Origin: Bacillota bacterium
GTDB lineage: Bacteria; Bacillota; Limnochordia; Limnochordales; DUMU01
Assembly (NCBI GenBank): GCA_012839805.1
Contig: DUMU01000033.1
Span: 309 to 64,308 of the forward strand
Direction: 5' to 3'
Length of the DNA: 64,000 nucleotides
Within the stretch, counting starts at the first letter, position 1, and each line of letters opens with the position of its first letter. The position numbers and the translations under genes were made by a program. The notes under the pieces were generated by a model. The model had not been told where the DNA came from, did not search any database, and worked only from the letters and a program-made list of their open reading frames with translations. Of this stretch, positions 48,140-56,191 are shown piece by piece.

Positions 48140-49149
48140 TCTGCTTTACCGTCACCGCGGCCGGGCGCCTCGACACCGTCCTGGCTGCGAAGAGCGGGGA
48201 AAGCAGGGCCCTGGTCCAGGACTGGATTCGCCGGGGATCGGTCCGGGTCAATGGCCGGGTGGTTACCAAACCCGGGGTGCGCGTCCGAGCAGGAGATCTG
48301 GTAGAGGCCCAGGCCCTGCCCCGCCCACCTTTGGCTGCGGTCCCCGAAGATATCCCCATCGATGTCGTCTACGAAGACGAAGACCTCCTGGTGGTAGCCA
48401 AGCCGGCCGGGTTGCCGGTTCACCCCTCCCCGGGCCATCCCCGGGGAACGCTGGTCAACGCCCTGCTGGGCCGGGGAACTTCCCTTTTCGCGTCGCCGGC
48501 AAGCGTTGCCGAAGCCGAGTTCCGGCCGGGCATAGTGCACCGCCTGGACAAAGATACCTCGGGTTTACTCGTGGTCGCCAAGACGGAGGTTGCCTACAGT
48601 TCACTGGCCGAACAATTCCGCCGGCACACTATTCTCCGGGTCTATCAGGTGCTAGTTCACGGCATTCCTGAACCAGAACGAGGGGTACTTACCGGTGCCA
48701 TCGGAAGGCATCCGGTTCACCGGAAGCAACTGGCGGTGGTGCCGCCGGAAAAGGGGAAAGCGGCCATCACCCATTATGAACTGCGGGAAGCCTTTCCGGC
48801 CACCGGCGCCTGCTCGTTCGGCGGGGCCGGCCGGGGCGGCCGTAGCTACGAGTACGCTCTTTTGAACTGCCGGCTGGAGACGGGCCGGACTCATCAGATA
48901 CGAGTTCACCTGGCCGCGTTTGGCCACCCGGTAGCGGGTGATCCGGTCTACTGCCCGCCGCGGCTTCGATCCGTCGACCAGGAATACCTGGGGCTCCGGG
49001 CGCAGGCACTGCACGCCGGGACGCTCGGGTTCCTGCACCCGCGCCGCCGGGAGTACCTGGAGTTCACCCAACCGTTGCCCGGCGAATTTGCCCGGGCTCT
49101 GTCGATCTTGCGACAAGGGGATGAAAAGGCGGGCAAGACTAAAGACTAG
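48136..49149 (+). CDS. rluD: 23S rRNA pseudouridine synthase, RluA family (RluD-like, N-terminal S4 domain)
   Basis: Sequences HRLDKDTSGLLVVAKT and GRTHQIRVHLA are present. A TTGA overlap links it to the lspA stop. Confidence 0.9.
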   Translation: MICFTVTAAGRLDTVLAAKSGESRALVQDWIRRGSVRVNGRVVTKPGVRVRAGDLVEAQALPRPPLAAVPEDIPIDVVYEDEDLLVVAKPAGLPVHPSPGHPRGTLVNALLGRGTSLFASPASVAEAEFRPGIVHRLDKDTSGLLVVAKTEVAYSSLAEQFRRHTILRVYQVLVHGIPEPERGVLTGAIGRHPVHRKQLAVVPPEKGKAAITHYELREAFPATGACSFGGAGRGGRSYEYALLNCRLETGRTHQIRVHLAAFGHPVAGDPVYCPPRLRSVDQEYLGLRAQALHAGTLGFLHPRRREYLEFTQPLPGEFARALSILRQGDEKAGKTKD

Positions 49150-49974
49150 GTGATGGGGGTGGGGAGACTGCTTCTGGCTCTCCCGGCGCTGGTCCTCATC
49201 ACGCTGGTCCTCTTTCTGCCGGCCGTGGCCGGCCTGGTAGAAGGAATTTCCCGCCCGGGGCTCCTGCGCTGGCAGTGGCTGGTGTTACAAAGCCGCGGGT
49301 TCTGGTCGGCTCTGGCTACCACCGGTATGACCGCGGCCGTCTCGGTCGCCCTGCAGGTGGCATGGGGGTCGGTGGTGGCCTGGTGGATCTGGCGCGGCTG
49401 GCCGGGCCGGCGGCTTTGGCTCGGTGCGATAGGAGCACTGGTCATCCTGCCGGAGATCACCGTGGCGGCGGCGGCCCGGGCGGCGAGGGGGGCATTTGCG
49501 TTCTTGGCCGAACTCCCTCCGGTGCTTTTCATGGGCTTGATCGACGCCTGGCGGGGCTTTCCGGTTTTTGCCCTGGGGATGCTCGCAGCTTTGAGTTCAA
49601 TACCACCTGTCCGCCGGGAAGCCGTCGAGATGCTGGGAGCGACTTTTTTCGACCTGATGGCGCTGCTGCTCGGGACTTTACGCCGGTTTTGGGTGGCCCT
49701 GTTTCTGGTACGAATGCTCCAGGCGGTGCAGCTTTTTACGGTGGCGGCGGCCGGCCTGCCCCGGCCCCACCCGCCGCTCCTGGTCGAAGTGGTGATGGCG
49801 CAAGCCGGCACCTACCGGCTATCGCCGGCAGTCACCTGGGCTTATGTGGCCGTCGTGGTTTTGACTGCTTTCTGGGTCTATCTGGTGCTTCGCCCGGCGG
49901 TGGATTGGCGAGGTGGGTCGCCATCGCTCCTCGTCACGCTATTGCCGGCCGAGCGGGGTGGGCCCGGTGTCTAG
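49150..49974 (+). CDS. ABC transporter permease (binding-protein-dependent type, CysT/PotB-like)
   Basis: Six hydrophobic segments and an EAA-type loop, REAVEMLGATFFDLMALLLGTLR. Confidence 0.7.
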   Translation: MMGVGRLLLALPALVLITLVLFLPAVAGLVEGISRPGLLRWQWLVLQSRGFWSALATTGMTAAVSVALQVAWGSVVAWWIWRGWPGRRLWLGAIGALVILPEITVAAAARAARGAFAFLAELPPVLFMGLIDAWRGFPVFALGMLAALSSIPPVRREAVEMLGATFFDLMALLLGTLRRFWVALFLVRMLQAVQLFTVAAAGLPRPHPPLLVEVVMAQAGTYRLSPAVTWAYVAVVVLTAFWVYLVLRPAVDWRGGSPSLLVTLLPAERGGPGV

Positions 49975-50857
49975 GCAAACGGCCGCACTCCTAACGGTGC
50001 TGGCGGTTACCGGCGTCCTCGGAACGCTCTCGATCCTCTTGCCGCTTTTGCGCTTTGCCTCGGGTTTGGTTGCTGCCGGCCCCGGCGTCGCCTGGGGGCT
50101 ATGGCGCAGTGCCTACCCGGCGCTGTTACGTTCCGCCGGGGTCGCTCTGATCGCCACCCCAGTCGCCCTGGCGCTGGGGCTTCTCGGTGGCTACGGGATC
50201 GCTCGAGGTATCGAGGCCGGGGCGCCGCCGGGCAGGGCCGGCCGGTCCGGGGGTTGGCCGTGGCCCGGGCCGGGGCACCGGCACCGGTACTGGCCCGGCG
50301 TGGCGGTGGGCCTGCTGGTCGCCGGCCGCCTGCTACCCCCGCTGGCGGTAGCGCTACCGCTCCTCCAGCTTCTGCGCGCGGGGATTACATTCACGTTCCT
50401 CTCCGGACCACTCGGTCTGCTCACGGCAGTGTACGCCGCTTTCGCCACTGTGCTCACGACCGGGCTATTCCTGCGTCTTTTCCTTCATGTGCCGGCGACC
50501 TGGGAGGAGTCCGTGGAGATGCTGGGCGGCACCCGCTGGCAGGCCTTCCGCTCCGTTCTGTATCCGCAAATCCGGCGCGAGATGCTGGCTTTAGGGACCC
50601 TTCTCCTCGCCGGTATCCTGGGAGAAGGGGCCCTGGCGGCGCTTTTTTCTCCTCTCCAGCCGACGGCGGCGGCCCTCGCGCTCCGTCGCCTGGGAACGGG
50701 CGTAACGGGGGGCATGGCCACTACCGTCGCTGCCGTGGCCGGCCTGGCCGCGGCGCTGGCCGCCTGGTTGGTGATGGCCACCCAGGGGAAAGTACTCCTG
50801 CGGATTTGGGGGGTGCAAACCCCAAGCGGCAAGAGGGATGGTGGAAGCGGGGAGTGA
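49967..50857 (+). CDS. ABC transporter permease (second subunit)
   Basis: GTG 49967 overlaps the upstream stop. EAA-type loop EESVEMLGGTRWQAFRSVLYPQIR. A G/P/R-rich insert is present. Confidence 0.7.
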   Translation: MSRQTAALLTVLAVTGVLGTLSILLPLLRFASGLVAAGPGVAWGLWRSAYPALLRSAGVALIATPVALALGLLGGYGIARGIEAGAPPGRAGRSGGWPWPGPGHRHRYWPGVAVGLLVAGRLLPPLAVALPLLQLLRAGITFTFLSGPLGLLTAVYAAFATVLTTGLFLRLFLHVPATWEESVEMLGGTRWQAFRSVLYPQIRREMLALGTLLLAGILGEGALAALFSPLQPTAAALALRRLGTGVTGGMATTVAAVAGLAAALAAWLVMATQGKVLLRIWGVQTPSGKRDGGSGE

Positions 50858-50884
50858 ACGCCGACGGTCGACGCGGATCTTGAC

Positions 50885-52123
50885 GTGGTAACCCTGGCCG
50901 TGACCGGGATCGGGAGCCTGAAAGAGATATCTTTCCGGGCCGAACCGGGGGCGCTCCTCGCCCTCACCGGGCCGCCGGGAGCCGGCAAGACCCTGCTTTT
51001 GCGCGCCCTGGCCGGCCTCGAACGCCCTTCGGTTCCGGACGGTGAAATCCGCTGGAACGGCCGGCGGATCGATCAGCTTTCCCCGAGGGACCGCCGGGCC
51101 TTCCTCCTGGGTAAGGACATGGCTCTTTGGCCGCACCTGCCCGTTGGTGAACAGGTAGCCCTGGGCCTGCGGTTTCGGGGCCGGCCCCGCCGGGCGGCTC
51201 GAAACTTTCCGTTGGGGCTATTCCGGCTATCTTCCCGGCCGGGCGAGCGTGAGGACGAGGAAAACGCTTTCCGGGAAGCCATGGAGCTCGCAGGAGTGAC
51301 GAAGCTCGAAAAGCAGCGGCCAGACCGGCTGACGCCGGAGGAAGCCTTTCGGGTGGCCCTGGCACGAGCTTTGGCCGTCCGCCCCGTCCTCTTACTTCTT
51401 GACGATCCCCTGGCCGGTTGGCCGGCCGGGACGCGCCGGCAACTCTGGGATTTAGTGCGAGAGATCGCCAGGCACCGGAGGCTCGTGGTGGTCTGGGCTG
51501 TAGCCGACCCCGAGGAGGCGCTCGCCGGCGGTGAGCGGGTGCTCTTTTTGCACGAGGGCCGGCTGGCGCAGCAAGGGAACGCGGACGAGGTCTACACGAA
51601 CCCGGTTCACCTGGAGGTGGCGCGGTTTTTCAGCCTTCACGGGCTAAATCTCATCGAGGTACAGGTCGTTACCAGCGCAGCCGAAGGAGGAATCAGGGCG
51701 GGCGACGGGACGGCGAAAAGGGGGTTTTACCTCCGGGCCGGACCGGAGTGGGAGTTACCACTCTGCTGTGAACAGGCCGACCGGGTGGCGGCCTGGTCGT
51801 CCGGGGAGGGCAAAGGCCGCGAGGTGTTGCTTATGGGCCTGCGTCCCGAAGAGATCTCGGTGCTCCCGGTCGATTGTCCGATCCCCTCCGGATGGGGGGC
51901 AACTGGCCCGGTTCAACCGGCGAGGGTAGAGCCCCACGGCTGGTACAGCGTGGCTTACTTTCAGCTGCCTTCCGATCCGGCGGCCGGCTCGCCCGGCTGG
52001 CGGGTCCTGCGGGTGAACCGGCGGCCAGAGCCGGCGCTGCCGTCCTCCGGTGCACAGGTACGCCTTTCCTGGCCGGCGGCGGCCCAGCTTTTCTTCGACC
52101 CGGTGAGCGAGCGGCGGGTTTGA
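50885..52123 (+). CDS. ABC ATPase-like protein (MalK/PotA/CysA architecture) with degenerate catalytic motifs
   Basis: Walker A is intact (GPPGAGKT). The Q-loop Gln is absent (FLLGKDMALWPHL). The signature is LTPEE instead of LSGGQ. Walker B is LLLLDDP instead of DEP. The H-loop is WAVAD instead of THD. A C-terminal TOBE-like region is present. Confidence 0.7.
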   Translation: MVTLAVTGIGSLKEISFRAEPGALLALTGPPGAGKTLLLRALAGLERPSVPDGEIRWNGRRIDQLSPRDRRAFLLGKDMALWPHLPVGEQVALGLRFRGRPRRAARNFPLGLFRLSSRPGEREDEENAFREAMELAGVTKLEKQRPDRLTPEEAFRVALARALAVRPVLLLLDDPLAGWPAGTRRQLWDLVREIARHRRLVVVWAVADPEEALAGGERVLFLHEGRLAQQGNADEVYTNPVHLEVARFFSLHGLNLIEVQVVTSAAEGGIRAGDGTAKRGFYLRAGPEWELPLCCEQADRVAAWSSGEGKGREVLLMGLRPEEISVLPVDCPIPSGWGATGPVQPARVEPHGWYSVAYFQLPSDPAAGSPGWRVLRVNRRPEPALPSSGAQVRLSWPAAAQLFFDPVSERRV

Positions 52124-52148
52124 CCAAAACGTCCAGCCCCCCAAACCG

Positions 52149-52178
52149 GTCGGGGGACGCCGTCCGGCGTCCCCCGAC
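52149..52178. terminator. 13-bp perfect hairpin between convergent units (putative bidirectional terminator)
   Basis: Stem GTCGGGGGACGCC / GGCGTCCCCCGAC with a 4-nt loop. On the minus strand it is followed by CGGTTTGG. Confidence 0.5.
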
Positions 52179-52229
52179 TCCGGGGGGCTCCCGGCCTTGC
52201 CTGCATGCTCGTTCGAGCCGGTAGCGGAG

Positions 52230-52310
52230 TTAGTTGTTGCTGAGCACCAGGAGGATTAGAATGAGGAAGAGTACAAACGCCCACTGTTCACCGAAAACGA
52301 AGCCACCCAT
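52230..52310 (-). CDS. tiny hydrophobic peptide P1 (26 aa), paralog 1 of 5; tentatively YjcZ / TIGR01732-like tiny TM protein
   Basis: Manual translation gives MGGFVFGEQWAFVLFLILILLVLSNN, ending in TAA. SD AAGGAGAG lies 6 nt upstream of the ATG. It is absent from the ORF track because it is shorter than 60 aa. Confidence 0.65.
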   Translation of the reverse strand: MGGFVFGEQWAFVLFLILILLVLSNN

Positions 52311-52350
52311 TAGCGTCTCTCCTTTCTTAGATGATAAGAGTTAACTGCAG

Positions 52351-52428
52351 TCAGTTGGAGAGCATCAGAAGGATCAGCACCAAGAAGATGATGAATACCC
52401 ATTGCTGGCCCATAACAAAGCCTCCCAC
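52351..52428 (-). CDS. tiny hydrophobic peptide P2 (25 aa), paralog 2 of 5
   Basis: GTG start gives (M)GGFVMGQQWVFIIFLVLILLMLSN, ending in TGA. SD GAGGAGGG lies 7 nt upstream. Confidence 0.65.
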   Translation of the reverse strand: MGGFVMGQQWVFIIFLVLILLMLSN

Positions 52429-52466
52429 TCGTTATCCCTCCTCTCGGTGAATAACTGCGGTAATCC

Positions 52467-52556
52467 TCAGTTATTGCTCAAAAGCAGCAGAATGAGGATG
52501 AGGAAGAGCACGAACACCCACGGTTGGCCGAAGAAGCCGCTGGGCCCGTCAGGCAC
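52467..52556 (-). CDS. tiny hydrophobic peptide P3 (29 aa), paralog 3 of 5
   Basis: GTG start gives (M)PDGPSGFFGQPWVFVLFLILILLLLSNN, ending in TGA. SD AGGAGGGA lies 6 nt upstream. Confidence 0.65.
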   Translation of the reverse strand: MPDGPSGFFGQPWVFVLFLILILLLLSNN

Positions 52557-52676
52557 GGTAAATCCCTCCTATACGTGAGAATTACGGGTCGGGAGAAATG
52601 ATTCCGTTTCCCGAGTCCCGGTACAACATACGGAGAACTACACCCGCTGGATCCAAGAACGTAGGGGGAAATCCAA

Positions 52677-52701
52677 GGGGGCAGCCTTAGCGGCTGCCCC
52701 C
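52677..52701. other. 10-bp perfect GC hairpin between the two tiny-gene sub-clusters
   Basis: Stem GGGGGCAGCC / GGCTGCCCCC with a 5-nt loop and no clear U-tract. Possibly a regulatory, processing or weak terminator structure. Confidence 0.4.
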
Positions 52702-52782
52702 TCGCGGTACCCGGCCCCGGCGCGTACTCAATCGGAGCGAAGGCCAGGTATTCTGAGAGACGGGTACTGAATAGAGGGCACG

Positions 52783-52807
52783 AAAAAGGACGCCCATGAG
52801 GGCGTCC
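52783..52807 (-). terminator. Rho-independent terminator after tiny genes P5-P4
   Basis: On the minus strand the stem is GGACGCCC / GGGCGTCC with a 4-nt loop, followed by TTTTT. It lies 13 nt past the P4 stop. Confidence 0.65.
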
Positions 52808-52819
52808 CGTGCACTGTGC

Positions 52820-52903
52820 TTACGCGTCTCCAAGCATGAGCAAGATCAAGACCAGGAAGAGTACGAAGGCCCAACGTCGACCGAAGAGGAATCCCGGAGG
52901 CAT
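52820..52903 (-). CDS. tiny hydrophobic peptide P4 (27 aa), paralog 4 of 5
   Basis: MPPGFLFGRRWAFVLFLVLILLMLGDA, ending in TAA. SD AAGGAGGGA lies 7 nt upstream of the ATG. Confidence 0.65.
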   Translation of the reverse strand: MPPGFLFGRRWAFVLFLVLILLMLGDA

Positions 52904-52958
52904 CGCCAGGTCCCTCCTTTCGTGGTTGCTCTCTGCCTTCCGGTTGGCCCCTTCGCGC

Positions 52959-53045
52959 CTAGGCGTCTCCGAGAAGAAGAAGTATCAAGACCAGGAAGAT
53001 GATGAATACCCACGAAGTGCCGAAAGGTCCGACGAAGCCACCCAT
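52959..53045 (-). CDS. tiny hydrophobic peptide P5 (28 aa), paralog 5 of 5
   Basis: MGGFVGPFGTSWVFIIFLVLILLLLGDA, ending in TAG. SD AGGAGGGA lies 6 nt upstream of the ATG. Confidence 0.65.
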   Translation of the reverse strand: MGGFVGPFGTSWVFIIFLVLILLLLGDA

Positions 53046-53190
53046 CGATCATCCCTCCTGTGATCTGCGAGTCGGGAAGCCGGCCGTTCTCCCCGTTTCA
53101 TTGGCCAAGATACGCGGGGAGATGAAGGGTGGCTCCGGGAACGGCGGGCGAAATCCTACTATGGTAAGATGCCGAGGGTGGGAAGGTTAG

Positions 53191-54210
53191 ATGGTTAGCC
53201 TGAACGATCTCTTCCGCCACCTCCCCCGGGAGTTCGTCGACCGTCTTTACCGGGATTTCCCGGCCGCGTTGGCCGAGCGGATACTGCAGGGGATGGCCGC
53301 CCTCCGCCCCGTTACCCTCCGGGTGAACCGCCTGCGAGCAACGCCTGCCGCCGTACGAGAAGAACTCCGGGAGCAAGGAGTTCAAACCGAGAGCGTGCCG
53401 TGGTATGAGGATGCGCTGCGGGTGGTGACCCCGGGGGTGAGGGAGCGGAGGATGGCGGAACTCCCCGCCTTCCGGGACGGGCGTATCTACCTGCAAAGCC
53501 TGGCCAGCATGTTGCCACCCCTGGTACTCGACCCGCAGCCGGGCGAACGGGTTCTCGATCTCGCGGCGGCGCCCGGGTCGAAGACGACGCAGATGGCGGC
53601 GATGATGGGAAACGAGGGATTCATCCTGGCCTGCGAGAAAAATCCGATCCGGCTCGGGCGGCTCGAGCACAATCTTAGGGTGCAAGGAGTTACCATTGCT
53701 CAGGCGGTGCGGGCGGACGGGGCAACCATCGGGCGCCGGCATCCCGGCGAGTTCGACCGGGTGCTGCTGGATGCCCCTTGCAGCGGCGAAGGGCTCTTCC
53801 TGTACGGGCGGCCCGCCTCGTACCGGTACTGGACCGCCGGCGGGGTAGAACGGATGGCGGCGTTGCAGCGAAGGCTTCTTGCCAGCGCCTGGCAGGCGCT
53901 GCGGGTGGGCGGCGTGCTGGTGTACTCCACGTGCACGATAGCTCGGGCCGAGAACGAGGACGTGGTCGCCTGGGCGCTCTCGCGGTGGGGCGACAAAGTG
54001 GAGCTGGAGTCCTGCCGGTTGCCGGCGGCCAGCCCGGGCGGATTTGAGCCGGGGGGACCGCTCTTGCTGGATCTGCTGGAGGAGGCCGTACCGGCGGGGA
54101 CGGGCGGCGGGGCCGGGGCGTACCCGGCGGCAGTGCAGAACGCGGTCCGCATCCTGCCCTCCCCGGACATGGAAGGCTTCTTCATCGCGAGGCTCCGCAA
54201 ACGGGGATGA
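53191..54210 (+). CDS. rRNA cytosine-C5 methyltransferase, NOL1/NOP2/Sun (RsmB/RsmF-like) family
   Basis: Motifs VLDLAAAPGSKTTQMA, FDRVLLDAPCSGEG and VYSTCT are present. A possible extended -10, TGGTAAGAT, lies about 30 nt upstream. Confidence 0.85.
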   Translation: MVSLNDLFRHLPREFVDRLYRDFPAALAERILQGMAALRPVTLRVNRLRATPAAVREELREQGVQTESVPWYEDALRVVTPGVRERRMAELPAFRDGRIYLQSLASMLPPLVLDPQPGERVLDLAAAPGSKTTQMAAMMGNEGFILACEKNPIRLGRLEHNLRVQGVTIAQAVRADGATIGRRHPGEFDRVLLDAPCSGEGLFLYGRPASYRYWTAGGVERMAALQRRLLASAWQALRVGGVLVYSTCTIARAENEDVVAWALSRWGDKVELESCRLPAASPGGFEPGGPLLLDLLEEAVPAGTGGGAGAYPAAVQNAVRILPSPDMEGFFIARLRKRG

Positions 54211-54324
54211 CCCGGGCCGGGGGTTGCGGAGGTGGGATGACGGGAGCGGGCGGTCGAGAGCCGGCAAAGGTAGGAACGGGGCGTCCGGTCTACGAGTACA
54301 GTATGATGGTAGGGGGGTGGAGCG

Positions 54325-54801
54325 ATGAACATCGCCTTTTTCCTCTTGCCCAAGACCGAAGTCGTGTACCTGAGCCCCAGGTCCACACTGCGGCAGGCAC
54401 TCGAGCGCATGGAGTACCACCGCTATTCCGCCGTCCCGCTGGTCGATGAGAAGGGCCGGTATGCCGGGACGATCACCGAGGGCGACCTTCTCTGGTACAT
54501 CAAGAACACGCTGGGGCTCTCCCTCGAAGATAGCGAGCGAGTGAGGCTTTGCGACATACCGCAGCATATGAAGAACGAACCGGTCAGCATCTACGCGGAC
54601 ATGCGTGACCTCGTGCGTTTGGCAGCAGTTCAAAACTTCGTCCCGGTGGTGGACGACCGCGGTCTATTTATAGGGATCGTTCGCCGTAGCGACATCATCG
54701 AGTACTGCGCCCAGCAGCTGTTCGGAGAAGAAAGCAAAGCCGGCCTGCGGGTGGCGCCGGGGTCAAGCCATGCCCGGGCTGCAGCCAGTTCAAGAGAATG
54801 A
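54325..54801 (+). CDS. CBS-domain pair protein
   Basis: Two CBS-like repeats (YSAVPLVDEKGRYAGTITEGDLL and FVPVVDDRGLFIGIVRRSDII). Confidence 0.8.
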   Translation: MNIAFFLLPKTEVVYLSPRSTLRQALERMEYHRYSAVPLVDEKGRYAGTITEGDLLWYIKNTLGLSLEDSERVRLCDIPQHMKNEPVSIYADMRDLVRLAAVQNFVPVVDDRGLFIGIVRRSDIIEYCAQQLFGEESKAGLRVAPGSSHARAAASSRE

Positions 54802-54844
54802 AGGGGTCTACCATCTACTCCCTCGACCAAGCGATTTCTGCTCG

Positions 54845-56191
54845 TCACTTCCGCCTATGACTGGCGGCCTGGCTGCGGGCCAGGAGTTGCCCGGCCAGGT
54901 CCTCCTCCAGCACCGCCCGGACTTTGGTGCCCTCCGGCGTGTGTTCTTCGGCAAGCACCTGTGCCCGCTCGTGAAGCCACGATACCCAGGAAGCCTCGGA
55001 GTAGGGGATGACGATCTCAACCAGCCGCCGGCGGCGGCTCGCGGCCAGGGTCTGATTAATCGCCCGGAGCAGCCCGTCCAGGTTTTCCCCGGTCGCCGCG
55101 CTCACGGCCACGCTGGCCGGGTAGAGCCGCCGCAAGCTTTCGAGCTCTGCCTGGGCGGTCTCCGGCCCGTGCAACCGGTCGATCTTGTTCAAAACGAGGA
55201 GGCGTGGCTTGGTGGCAGCGCCGAGTTCGGCCAGGACTCTATCTACCGTGGCCACCTGTTCTTCCCGCTTCGGGTGGCTCGCATCCACCACGTGCAGAAT
55301 GAGATCGGCTGCCGTCACCTCTTCCAAGGTGGAACGAAAAGCTGCCACCAGCTGGTGCGGGAGCTTTTGCACGAATCCGACGGTATCGATCAGGATGAAG
55401 GGCTGCCCTCCCTCCGGTTCGGCCCGGCGAGCGGTGGCGTCGAGGGTGGCAAAGAGCCGGTCTTCGACCAGTACGTCCGACCCGGTAAGGGCGCGATGCA
55501 GCGTGGACTTGCCCGCGTTCGTGTACCCCGTCAACGCCACCACCGGCAGGAGGCTCCGCTTTTGCCGATCTTCACGCAGGCGTCCCCGGTGCCGGGCCAC
55601 CTCGGCCAGCTCGGCCCGGAGACGGCTGATGCGGGCACGAATGCGCCGGCGGTCGGTCTCCAGCTTGGTCTCACCCGGACCACGGGTCCCGATACCGCCA
55701 CCGAGGCGCGAGAGGTCGACGCCCTTGCCGGCGAGACGGGTTAGACGGTATTCCAGCTGGGCTAATTCCACCTGCAGCTTGGACTCGCGACTCTTGGCCC
55801 GGCGGGCGAAGATGTCGAGAATCAGCGCGGTGCGGTCAATGATCGCACACTGGATGATGTTTTCCAGGTTCCGCTGGTGAACTGGTGACAGTTCATCATC
55901 GAAGATGACGAGGTCGAAGCCGAGGCGGGCCCTTTCCGCCTCGATTTCGACGGCCTTCCCCTCACCGATGCAGGTGGCAGGGTCGGGGGCGACGCGCCGT
56001 TGAATGGTCTGGCCCACCACCACTGCTCCCGCGGTGCCGGCAAGCTCCGCGAGTTCGGCGAGGGACTCTTCGGCCGTCCACCCGGTGTCCCGACCGGGCT
56101 TTCGTTCCGGCTTCAGTTCGACGGCTACCAGATAGGCACGTTGTGGGGTAGACCCCGGCCAGGCGTTATCGTAATCCATGCTCTCTGCCAT
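54845..56191 (-). CDS. hflX: GTPase HflX
   Basis: HflX N-domain (DLVIFDDELSPVHQRNLE, LQVELAQLEY, GPGETKLETDRR). G1 motif GYTNAGKSTL, then DTVGF and NKID. ATG 56191 lies behind GGGAGGA. The track ORF extension to 56626 is rejected. Confidence 0.9.
   Translation of the reverse strand: MAESMDYDNAWPGSTPQRAYLVAVELKPERKPGRDTGWTAEESLAELAELAGTAGAVVVGQTIQRRVAPDPATCIGEGKAVEIEAERARLGFDLVIFDDELSPVHQRNLENIIQCAIIDRTALILDIFARRAKSRESKLQVELAQLEYRLTRLAGKGVDLSRLGGGIGTRGPGETKLETDRRRIRARISRLRAELAEVARHRGRLREDRQKRSLLPVVALTGYTNAGKSTLHRALTGSDVLVEDRLFATLDATARRAEPEGGQPFILIDTVGFVQKLPHQLVAAFRSTLEEVTAADLILHVVDASHPKREEQVATVDRVLAELGAATKPRLLVLNKIDRLHGPETAQAELESLRRLYPASVAVSAATGENLDGLLRAINQTLAASRRRRLVEIVIPYSEASWVSWLHERAQVLAEEHTPEGTKVRAVLEEDLAGQLLARSQAASHRRK

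Noticed and set aside
52230-53045. Reading the five tiny peptides as RiPP or lanthipeptide precursors, or as a DNA-level tandem repeat.
   Set aside because: The peptides lack Cys/Ser/Thr-rich cores and have no leader-core organisation. No modification enzymes are nearby. The copies differ mostly at synonymous sites and the spacers are not conserved, so the repeat unit is the coding sequence and not the DNA.
52796-53063. Plus-strand track ORFs 52796..53002 (68 aa) and 52809..53063 (84 aa) in the tiny-gene region.
   Set aside because: They have no SD and their sequence is highly charged and unstructured. They are exactly antisense to two minus-strand peptide genes that have strong SDs, paralogs and a terminator. 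They are most likely by-products of those genes.
53098-54633. 511-aa minus-strand ORF spanning the rsmB/F-like and CBS genes. Similar long antisense or alternative-frame ORFs include 43358..44452, 44978..46342, 46669..47655, 54770..55744, 41004..42029, 37622..38398, 33139..34053, 25377..26210 and 19316..20122.
   Set aside because: Their products are Arg/Pro/Gly-rich with no recognisable motifs. They lie opposite or out of frame to genes with unambiguous family signatures. Long stop-free alternative frames are expected at this GC content.
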